From IMG/VR virus record IMGVR_UViG_3300024996_000004: DNA of 64,000 nt, one strand, 5' to 3'. Under the pieces are notes generated by a model that saw only the letters and a list, made by a program, of their open reading frames with translations, was not told where the DNA came from and did not search any database. Of this stretch, positions 51,400 to 58,593 are shown piece by piece. This DNA is from a virus. Each line of letters begins with the position of its first letter. The stretch's first letter is position 1. Position numbers and translations under genes: made by a program.

Positions 51400-51427
51400 A
51401 TAGTAACACAGAAATTTTATTTGTCAA
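51400..51427 (-). promoter_or_regulatory. sigma70 promoter overlapping a late TATAAATA motif
   Basis: TTGACA-N16-TACTAT(AAATA). Confidence 0.65.
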
Positions 51428-51516
51428 CTGTTTAAATAGTATTTAAATAATTTGTGCGTGCATTAACCTTCAAATCAACGTCCAGCGCACGCTACTGTCG
51501 TCTACTTGCTGTCGCA

Positions 51517-51792
51517 TCACTGCGATAGTTTTCTTTTATCTAATATGTTTACAATATTTTCAAGAATATTAAGAAATTTGAAATAGGTTTCGTATTGATC
51601 AATAATAAATTGACCACTTTCTGTTATTGGTTTTCCGTTATATTTATTTAAATATGTTTTATACTCTTCATTTATAACTGATTTCAATCTAAAAATCTTA
51701 AATTTACAGTTTATTGGATCACACGAATAAATTACTTCATCTATTAATGTTAATATTTGAATGTAAAATTTATTAACATTCATATCGTTCAC
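51517..51792 (-). CDS. hypothetical protein
   Basis: 91 aa ORF. Confidence 0.5.
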   Translation of the reverse strand: MNDMNVNKFYIQILTLIDEVIYSCDPINCKFKIFRLKSVINEEYKTYLNKYNGKPITESGQFIIDQYETYFKFLNILENIVNILDKRKLSQ

Positions 51793-51793
51793 A

Positions 51794-52492
51794 TTAATCG
51801 CAAAGATGCAAGTATTTGCAGCCCGGAGAACCCAGCTGAATCAATGCTTGCAAAGCAATATCAGCACCGATAAGCAAGATGGAATCATCAAGAGTAGTCT
51901 TGGCAGCATTGACGGCAGTATAGGCCGCACTGGTAGCAGAATAGGCAGAATAGGCAGCATTGGTAGCATCGTCAACAGCATTGGCAGCAGCATGAGCAGC
52001 ATGAGCAGCATGAGCAGCATAAGCAGCATTGGTAGCATGATAAACAGCGTTGACAGCGGCACGGGAAGCTTCCGCATTGCCAAGTTCTTCACAATTCTTG
52101 GCAGCTTTATTCAATGCTTCAGCATGTTCAGGATTAGCATTAGCAGCATTTCGCAAAGCTATGGGCAGCACTCGACGGATTGTTTGATTTGTCACAATCT
52201 TTGCAAATGTTTTCTGGTCAATGTTATCACTACCAAGCTGCGCAACGGCCAGCTTGCGCATGCCAGCAGCACGCGCAGCATCGCTAGACCAATCAGCATC
52301 GTTCAATGCTATCTTAAATGCTCGCACAGCATTGCCAACACAAGTCGGTCGGTCGCTATGCGGGAGTCCTTGAGCATAACACACAGCAGCTTCCACGCAC
52401 ATCTGGCCCGGCACAGGTTGACCGATGCCATTGACCAGTCCCTGATCGACCACTGAAAGCAGCTTTTGAACAAATTTCTTAGTGATGTTCAT
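51794..52492 (-). CDS. family B paralog 2 (Ala-rich cassette)
   Basis: near-identical to 58594 outside the cassette. Confidence 0.85.
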   Translation of the reverse strand: MNITKKFVQKLLSVVDQGLVNGIGQPVPGQMCVEAAVCYAQGLPHSDRPTCVGNAVRAFKIALNDADWSSDAARAAGMRKLAVAQLGSDNIDQKTFAKIVTNQTIRRVLPIALRNAANANPEHAEALNKAAKNCEELGNAEASRAAVNAVYHATNAAYAAHAAHAAHAAANAVDDATNAAYSAYSATSAAYTAVNAAKTTLDDSILLIGADIALQALIQLGSPGCKYLHLCD

Positions 52493-52494
52493 GA

Positions 52495-53481
52495 TTAATC
52501 AATCCTATTAGTTAAATTAAGGAAGTATACTCTAGCCGTTTGCATAACCTGTTTTTGAATTTGTTTCCAATCAAATCCACTCGCTACAATAGCATTCATT
52601 TCTTCCTTAATAATATCATTCGCTATAAATTTCATGAATACGGGAATAGATTCTGGAAGAATGGGGAGTCCCTGTTCGATGACATGAGTCACACCTTGTT
52701 CCAATCTCCATTCAGGCAAAATAATATTCGTAAGATCGCGAATACTTTCCAATTTTTCATCAGAAATAATGATTTTTGGAGTTTTGGTTTTATCAGAACC
52801 TTTGTGGAGCAATCCTTTGGTTTTAAACCATAAATGTGAATTAGTAGGATCATCCTTTGCATGCCATACTAAACCTTCACCAGTCATATTCCCATCATTA
52901 ACATTAAATATTGAAGAAACCCACAAAGAACGTTCTTCAACTTCTAAAGTATACTTTTCCAATAATTCCGAAGCAGGAGTAGGATTCAAAAAATCTATTT
53001 CCACTTCAAATGTTGGAATCTGATAAATGTTGTAAATACCATTTTCATTATCATGAAGATCAGGAGGGAGTTCAATGTATTTAGCATATCCATCCTTGCC
53101 AGCTTTGGCAGCAAATAATACCCAATGTTTAGGTACTTGATTAAGTGCTACATGTTTTTGGATATTGCTTCCACACCATTCACCATATAAAGTGATATCT
53201 TGATCTGAAGGGAATCCTTCAAATAGTTTCTCTATAGCATCTTGATGTTGTGCACAAAACATGGCAAATCCATAATTATCAGAAGTGATATCTAAGATAC
53301 GTTCGCGCGATTGAGGATAAAATTTTCCACTTGCACTGCGTCTATAACCACAGTTTGAGCCATGTAATTTTTCAGTGCCGATAAAGGTGATAGTTGGGTA
53401 CGATTTACCAATTTTATCATAATACTTTCTAATGTTGGCTACAATATGTTTAAACGATTCAATTGATGTGAATTTTTCCAT
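52495..53481 (-). CDS. RNA ligase 2 (Rnl2) family
   Basis: EKLHGSN, QSR, YGEW.G, GEGLVW, FK.KG; start MEKF at 53481 (track start lies inside the tRNA). Confidence 0.85.
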   Translation of the reverse strand: MEKFTSIESFKHIVANIRKYYDKIGKSYPTITFIGTEKLHGSNCGYRRSASGKFYPQSRERILDITSDNYGFAMFCAQHQDAIEKLFEGFPSDQDITLYGEWCGSNIQKHVALNQVPKHWVLFAAKAGKDGYAKYIELPPDLHDNENGIYNIYQIPTFEVEIDFLNPTPASELLEKYTLEVEERSLWVSSIFNVNDGNMTGEGLVWHAKDDPTNSHLWFKTKGLLHKGSDKTKTPKIIISDEKLESIRDLTNIILPEWRLEQGVTHVIEQGLPILPESIPVFMKFIANDIIKEEMNAIVASGFDWKQIQKQVMQTARVYFLNLTNRID

Positions 53482-53510
53482 GATGCTCACTTTTAAGTTT
53501 GTCATTAAAT

Positions 53511-53592
53511 TGGCGACCCCGGCAGGATTCGAACCTGCATACTCCAATTACTCGGTTAACGTCCGTTTAGAAGACGGATGAGATACGAGGCC
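53511..53592 (-). tRNA. D-armless tRNA-Arg(UCU)-like RNA with expanded variable region
   Basis: GGCCTCG/CGGGGTC-G-CCA, 7-nt connector in place of D arm, TCCGT-CTTCTAA-ACGGA, canonical T arm. Confidence 0.7.
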
Positions 53593-53602
53593 ATGAAATT
53601 AC

Positions 53603-53630
53603 ATTATATAGTGTTATTGAGCGTTGTCAA
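53603..53630 (-). promoter_or_regulatory. consensus sigma70 promoter for D-armless tRNA and Rnl2
   Basis: TTGACA-N16-TATAAT. Confidence 0.8.
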
Positions 53631-53972
53631 CACTTGTTGAACAAGTTCAATAGAATCAAAGAGTTGACAATCGGCATCTTTAATATTTTTAAAATCATTT
53701 ATCATACTATCATAAATGTCACTGCTCATTGTATTAAACCCTATTCGAGTTTTATTAAGTGTGTACAATGATCCACTGTCTGTTTCAACTATAAAATATT
53801 TATCATCTTCTGTAAATTTAATAATGTGTGAAGATAATCTCCATGATGAACCATAAAGATAACCACCTGACCACCCTGATAAAATTTTAATAGTCATTTT
53901 ATCAAGGTGACTAATTTTTAATATAACCCATTTATCGGGTGATATTGAATGTGAAGATTCTAAAGATTTCAT
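53604..53972 (-). CDS. conserved phage hypothetical protein
   Basis: PDKWVILK, GWSGGYL.GSSWRLSS, SGS.Y. Confidence 0.7.
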   Translation of the reverse strand: MKSLESSHSISPDKWVILKISHLDKMTIKILSGWSGGYLYGSSWRLSSHIIKFTEDDKYFIVETDSGSLYTLNKTRIGFNTMSSDIYDSMINDFKNIKDADCQLFDSIELVQQVLTTLNNTI

Positions 53973-53981
53973 ATTATTTTC

Positions 53982-54581
53982 TTAATATTTCATAGCTTTT
54001 TTAGCTAATTTTATTAAATCAATGTCATAGACAGCATTGACGGCAGCATATCTTGCAGCATAGGCAGCATTGGTAGCAGCATCGGCAGCATAATAAGCAG
54101 CATAAACAGCAGCGTAGGTAGCATAGGCAGCATTATAAGCAACAGAAGCCATATTAGGAACAGTCTCTGTGGTGCTGGCACTTCTATCTTTATTAGACAA
54201 CCAATTATCAGCCCATGTCACAAATGATGGTTCTTTATAAACTTCAAGAGCGCACAAAATAGCAAATATCACTTTTTGGATATCAGTAACCACTGACAAT
54301 GCTATTCCTTTCTTGGTTGTCAATTTTGTGAATCCAATTTTCAATCCATGATCAGATTTTTTCATTCCTGAACCATAAGCCTCCCAGAGCTTAGGGTTAC
54401 TGATATTGGCATGCATTGGATTAAGCAATACTGCCAATAATGGATGAGAGTAAGCATGTAACCATCCAGCGGAACACAATTCTCCTTCACCCGAAGTAGT
54501 ATGAGAAATTCCTTCTCTCCATAATGTATCATTCATGATGAAGTTGTCTTGTGTCGTCAATTTATAACATTTCGTTGCCAC
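53982..54581 (-). CDS. family A paralog 2
   Basis: paralog of 45915. Confidence 0.85.
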   Translation of the reverse strand: MATKCYKLTTQDNFIMNDTLWREGISHTTSGEGELCSAGWLHAYSHPLLAVLLNPMHANISNPKLWEAYGSGMKKSDHGLKIGFTKLTTKKGIALSVVTDIQKVIFAILCALEVYKEPSFVTWADNWLSNKDRSASTTETVPNMASVAYNAAYATYAAVYAAYYAADAATNAAYAARYAAVNAVYDIDLIKLAKKAMKY

Positions 54582-54590
54582 CGATTTATT

Positions 54591-54776
54591 CTACTTTTTC
54601 TTTTGAAGTTTTGTTTTATTTTTTCCTACGTTATAAGTACCTTTCTTAACTGACCAAAACATTTTTGTACGACTACGCAAAAATGCGGCCAACGTATTAC
54701 GGTTTTGACGATATTTACGTTCTACTGATACTTCAGGAGTTTCTTCGATACTTTCTGGTACAATTTCTTCATTCAT
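54591..54776 (-). CDS. small basic hypothetical protein
   Basis: GAGGA RBS, own promoter. Confidence 0.6.
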   Translation of the reverse strand: MNEEIVPESIEETPEVSVERKYRQNRNTLAAFLRSRTKMFWSVKKGTYNVGKNKTKLQKKK

Positions 54777-54894
54777 TAAGTATTATCCTCTATAGGATAT
54801 GATTGTATAACAGGTTTTAGTCATAGTCAACTATAACTTTTATGGCAATTAAAAAGAAAAAAATTCCATCTTAAAAAGATGGAATTTTTTTAAT

Positions 54895-54968
54895 TGGCAG
54901 GCAGTGTAGGAATCGAACCTACGTATTTCGGGTCAAAGCCGAACTCTCTACCATTGAGATAACCGCCT
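54895..54968 (-). tRNA. tRNA-Gln(UUG)
   Basis: cloverleaf, TTCGG-CTTTGAC-CCGAA, G73-CCA. Confidence 0.9.
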
Positions 54969-54976
54969 AAATATTT

Positions 54977-55309
54977 TTACATAAAGAATGTGTGAACTAC
55001 ATATCCAAGTATCAATAACAAAGTTATATTTACACATTGTGTCAAAATGTTATTCATATATTTATTAATAGTGTCAATTGTTATTTCGTTAATTTTATTA
55101 AGTTTAGCCGATAACTCCAAAAACGGATATGATATAACACAAAGAATACCAATAGCCATAGATATGTTAATTTTCATAACTCCTAAAGGAGTAATAAACC
55201 AATTCCATAACGATGAAAATATAAATCCACTATAACATATTGATGTTATTGTAACTGCAATTAAGACAACAGTCTTAAACATTTTTGCGAAAAACAATTT
55301 TATAGACAT
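54977..55309 (-). CDS. membrane protein
   Basis: three hydrophobic segments, LWNWFI.PLG. Confidence 0.65.
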   Translation of the reverse strand: MSIKLFFAKMFKTVVLIAVTITSICYSGFIFSSLWNWFITPLGVMKINISMAIGILCVISYPFLELSAKLNKINEITIDTINKYMNNILTQCVNITLLLILGYVVHTFFM

Positions 55310-55419
55310 TTATTTATTCTAACAGGAAGATTGTTTTAATTTCAATTTTAATTTCAATTATTATGATTGATTATTATGTAATTGTAACATAATTTAATAT
55401 TGAAGTCAACTGTATAATG

Positions 55420-55662
55420 TTATGAATCTTCGTTATCATCAATTTTCATAATTTTATTTTCATGGACTGCTCGCAACATTTTTGCAAATGTTTCAACATG
55501 TTCGAGTAAATCTTTTAAATTATTGGGATCAGATGCACTAAATTCTGCATGAGCACCACCAATATTCCATCGGTAGCGCATAGTTCCACCTGTAGCGTTA
55601 CGCCATATCTTAGAAGCTTCTCGCCACAATTTATATCGTTTGTATCGCGTCATCAAATTCAT
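55420..55662 (-). CDS. hypothetical protein
   Basis: 80 aa ORF. Confidence 0.55.
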   Translation of the reverse strand: MNLMTRYKRYKLWREASKIWRNATGGTMRYRWNIGGAHAEFSASDPNNLKDLLEHVETFAKMLRAVHENKIMKIDDNEDS

Positions 55663-55694
55663 ATCATTAATTCCAATTGTGTATAATTAATATA

Positions 55695-56009
55695 TCAAAA
55701 ATTAAACTTTAATTGTTTTGCATCATCTTTATACTTTTCTATGTAGAATCTGAAACTATCTAGAGAAATATCTAATGGCAATTTATAATATGTTCTCACC
55801 ATAGAACAACTTCTGCAAGAACATTTAGATGTACCATCATGGAACAATACAGTTTTGTAGTATTCTATCCAAATATTATTTTCTATAAGCTGTGCACGTT
55901 GTTCTTCTGTTGGTTTTCCTTTAATGGTTTTACGAAATGCCATGAGAGATTCATAATCTTTCATCCATTCGATCCACAGTTCTTCGCCAAGAAAATCTCT
56001 AGCTAACAT
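55695..56009 (-). CDS. hypothetical protein
   Basis: GGAGG RBS, CxCxxC. Confidence 0.6.
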   Translation of the reverse strand: MLARDFLGEELWIEWMKDYESLMAFRKTIKGKPTEEQRAQLIENNIWIEYYKTVLFHDGTSKCSCRSCSMVRTYYKLPLDISLDSFRFYIEKYKDDAKQLKFNF

Positions 56010-56075
56010 ATAATAGCCTCCTAATGGCAGAATTATAGTGGAATATAGTTATTGCGTCAAGGGGACAATTTTTGT

Positions 56076-56546
56076 TTAATTTTTCTCAAATATGTAATCA
56101 TCACCCATCTTTTCAGAAAATTTCCATCCAGCATTTTGAATAGATTGTAACGAAAATTTGTTAGAAATTAATTTATTATAAATTTGATTTAATTCTGGAT
56201 TCGCAGCTTTAAATTTAAGTTGATTAATGTTACCTCTTTCAGCCATATCTAAGGCAACAAACATAAAGTTATTAAAGATCTTTAATGCATTTCTAGTAAG
56301 TTTGCGATTGTTATCATACTCTAATGGTGCAAACGTTTTTACAGGCGATGAACCAAGACCAACATCATTGGTAGTTTTTGAAATAGATACAGAATAATAT
56401 ATTCCATTTTGTTCAAAAAATGTTAAATAATATCCTTTAATGTTATAGATGTTTCCATCATCCATATCATCATTTGTTCCGAATGGGACATAAGAAGGTT
56501 GAAAAGATTCTAATAGTGATTGTAATAATGGAAATGATTTGATCAT
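56076..56546 (-). CDS. putative internal virion protein
   Basis: LQSLLES leader; late promoter 56553-56559. Confidence 0.55.
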   Translation of the reverse strand: MIKSFPLLQSLLESFQPSYVPFGTNDDMDDGNIYNIKGYYLTFFEQNGIYYSVSISKTTNDVGLGSSPVKTFAPLEYDNNRKLTRNALKIFNNFMFVALDMAERGNINQLKFKAANPELNQIYNKLISNKFSLQSIQNAGWKFSEKMGDDYIFEKN

Positions 56547-56598
56547 GATTATTATTTATGATTAAACCGTTTCCGGTTTCCTTTGATACTCCAAAAAT

Positions 56599-57123
56599 TT
56601 ACAATGAATCTTGTTTAATTTGAGTTTCATACTCAATCATGGGACAATAATTATTCTTTTTACTTTCTAACCATGTTGAAAACAAACTCTTTTCATTTCT
56701 TGAAATGGGGATGATCTGACCAAATTTATCAAATAATTTATAGCATACATTACATAAATGTTTGATTAAAAATTGTCCAATACACATTATCGAGAATATG
56801 ATTAAAGCTGCCGCACAAGTTGTTCCGGGAATACAAAATGCTAACCATAATGCATTGGTAATATTAAATTCAATCAGAGGCGTAATAGGAATTGTGACCA
56901 AAACTGCTTTCAAAAATGAAGGAATCATCAACAAAATGAAAAAATGTTTAACAGTAAGCTTTAAAACATCACGATAATATGAACAGAAATCATGTGCAAC
57001 GTAACGGTAGTAAGAATTTTCCTTATTATACTCGGGATCATCATTTTTAAATAATTTGTAATTAATGTTCCATCGAGAAAGATATTTAAAAGATTGACTG
57101 TTTTTCTTGATTAAGAATGACAT
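56599..57123 (-). CDS. membrane protein
   Basis: DFC.Y, two TMs, K...YCP.IEY. Confidence 0.65.
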   Translation of the reverse strand: MSFLIKKNSQSFKYLSRWNINYKLFKNDDPEYNKENSYYRYVAHDFCSYYRDVLKLTVKHFFILLMIPSFLKAVLVTIPITPLIEFNITNALWLAFCIPGTTCAAALIIFSIMCIGQFLIKHLCNVCYKLFDKFGQIIPISRNEKSLFSTWLESKKNNYCPMIEYETQIKQDSL

Positions 57124-57208
57124 TACAGTTTCCTAATGATGAGTAGAGATATAGGATATCATGATCGACAACTTTGTCAATCATTTTTAGTTAGTAATTA
57201 AATGAAAG

Positions 57209-57284
57209 TGGTGGAGAATATCGGTAACGATCCGATCAGGCTAGAATCTTGCAAGGATTCTCCGGGTTCCCATGCCCATTCCCC
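57209..57284 (-). tRNA. atypical tRNA-Ala(UGC)
   Basis: G3.U70 acceptor, A73-CCA, CTTGCAA loop; T-loop ATCGTTA, no U8. Confidence 0.75.
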
Positions 57285-57288
57285 ATTT

Positions 57289-57379
57289 TGGTGCTGCCCA
57301 TAGGATTCGAACCTACGATGGAGTATATTAACTCTCCGCATTACAAGTGCGGCCCTTTCAACCTCTCAGGCAAAGCAGC
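57289..57379 (-). tRNA. tRNA-Thr(UGU) with long variable arm
   Basis: CCGCA-CTTGTAA-TGCGG, variable GAGT-TAATAT-ACTC, CCA. Confidence 0.8.
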
Positions 57380-57386
57380 GCATACA

Positions 57387-57494
57387 TTGTTTGAAATCAT
57401 CTGGATTGGTTTACTTTCATCCTACTTAAAGGCAATCCCATATATTCACGATGACAGTGTTGCTCTACGATGAGCATTTATATCCTTCAAACAA
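57387..57494 (-). ncRNA. putative structured ncRNA between tRNA-Pro and tRNA-Thr
   Basis: 9-bp closing stem plus nested helices. Confidence 0.45.
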
Positions 57495-57497
57495 AAT

Positions 57498-57576
57498 TGG
57501 TCGGGACGGCTGGATTTGAACCAGCGGCTTCGAAGTTCCAAACCTCGCACTCTAGACCAGACTGAGTTACACCCCG
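57498..57576 (-). tRNA. tRNA-Pro(UGG)
   Basis: canonical cloverleaf CGGGGTG...CGTCCCG-A-CCA. Confidence 0.92.
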
Positions 57577-57589
57577 TGATATTTTGCAC

Positions 57590-57618
57590 ATTTTACAACT
57601 ATTGTTAATTGATGTCAA
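57590..57618 (-). promoter_or_regulatory. sigma70 promoter for Pro/Thr/Ala tRNAs
   Basis: TTGACA-N17-TAAAAT. Confidence 0.7.
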
Positions 57619-57656
57619 CTATTTATTAATTGTAAACTAAAACTAAAACATAAAAT

Positions 57657-57730
57657 TGGTAGCGCCAGCTGGAATTGCACCAACACCTGATGGTTATGAG
57701 CCACCCAATCTGCTATTAATCTACAGCGCA
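57657..57730 (-). tRNA. tRNA-Met(CAU), initiator-like, atypical
   Basis: U1.U72 mismatch, GGTGG-CTCATAA-CCATC, T-loop TGCAATT, D-loop lacks GG. Confidence 0.75.
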
Positions 57731-57736
57731 TCAAAT

Positions 57737-57827
57737 TGGCGGAAGCGGTGAGATTCGAACTCACGAAGGAAATTATCCTTTCTAGTTTTCAAGACTAGCG
57801 CCATAAACCGGACTCGGCCACACTTCC
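57737..57827 (-). tRNA. tRNA-Ser(UGA)
   Basis: canonical class II cloverleaf, G73-CCA. Confidence 0.93.
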
Positions 57828-57988
57828 AATATTTTTATTTATCATTAAAATTAATTTCTTGAAACGATTACGAGAAAAACCGTCGTTAGTCTCTTATATC
57901 CTTGAAGATAATTGTCGTTTCATACAATGAATTCAAGTTCATTCCACTTATCGACACTTTATACAATTTAACCTCTATGGTTATTATT

Positions 57989-58090
57989 GTTATAATCGTT
58001 ATAATCGTTATAATCGTTATAATCGTTATAACCGTTATAATCGTTATAATCGTTATAATCGTTATAATCGTTATAATCGTTATAATCGTT
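57989..58090. repeat. 9-bp tandem repeat GTTATAATC x11 within a 24-bp inverted-repeat-bounded element (57847-58106)
   Basis: direct inspection; one unit is GTTATAACC. Confidence 0.95.
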
Positions 58091-58124
58091 TCAAGAAATC
58101 AATTTTTACTTATTTCAAACTTTT

Positions 58125-58297
58125 GCAAGTAGGCGTAAACTTTAATTGACGCCTCGTGTTAATTATCCCATATTTCCTATATGGATTCTTCAATGCAATT
58201 GCCGGTGTCCTAGTATTGGACGATCAAGCATTTGCTTGAGTAGGATTGACACCTACATTTCCGGCTAGTCTTGAAGCTCTCGCTTTCCATCCTTGTC
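58125..58297 (-). ncRNA. putative Y-RNA/YrlA-like RNA with circularly permuted tRNA module
   Basis: T arm, closed acceptor stem and D arm enclosed by GCCGG/CCGGC (58201-58265); own promoter at 58301-58328; ends approximate. Confidence 0.6.
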
Positions 58298-58336
58298 ATT
58301 ATATTATCATCTTTTACAGCATTGTCAAGCATTAAT

Positions 58337-58431
58337 TGGTGCTTCTACTTGGAATCGAACCAAGATTGTACGCTAATCTGGCGTCAGTGGCAGTTTATAA
58401 GGCTGCTGTTCTACCATTGAACTATAGAAGC
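58337..58431 (-). tRNA. tRNA-Ile(UAU) with long variable arm
   Basis: CTTATAA loop, variable ACGC-CAGATTA-GCGT, A73-CCA. Confidence 0.82.
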
Positions 58432-58444
58432 ATTAATTATTAAT

Positions 58445-58518
58445 TGGAGCTTCGTGAGGGAGTCGAACCCTCGACCATTGCTTGGAAGGCAATTATTTTA
58501 CCGTTAAACTAACGAAGC
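58445..58518 (-). tRNA. tRNA-Gly(UCC)
   Basis: ATTGC-CTTCCAA-GCAAT, U73-CCA. Confidence 0.92.
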
Positions 58519-58593
58519 GCATTACATCGAATACATTATGTAGTAATGATACACTATTTATATAGATTGTCAACCTTTTATATTTGCATAAAA

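Noticed and set aside
51806-52456. Antisense and alternate-frame ORFs over Ala-rich and PT repeats (also 58753, 60887, 60903, 63688, 8454, 27702, 37862)
   Set aside because: Shadow ORFs caused by stop-free low-complexity codons.
53482-53547. N-terminal extension of Rnl2 in the ORF track; ORF 57249-57473
   Set aside because: Both overlap tRNA genes.
57387-57494. Hammerhead ribozyme
   Set aside because: No CUGANGA core in the required position.
57989-58090. CRISPR array or real 76 aa (VII)n protein (57902-58132)
   Set aside because: Contiguous 9-bp units with no spacers; the ORF is antisense to the tRNA operon, lacks an RBS and just translates the repeat.
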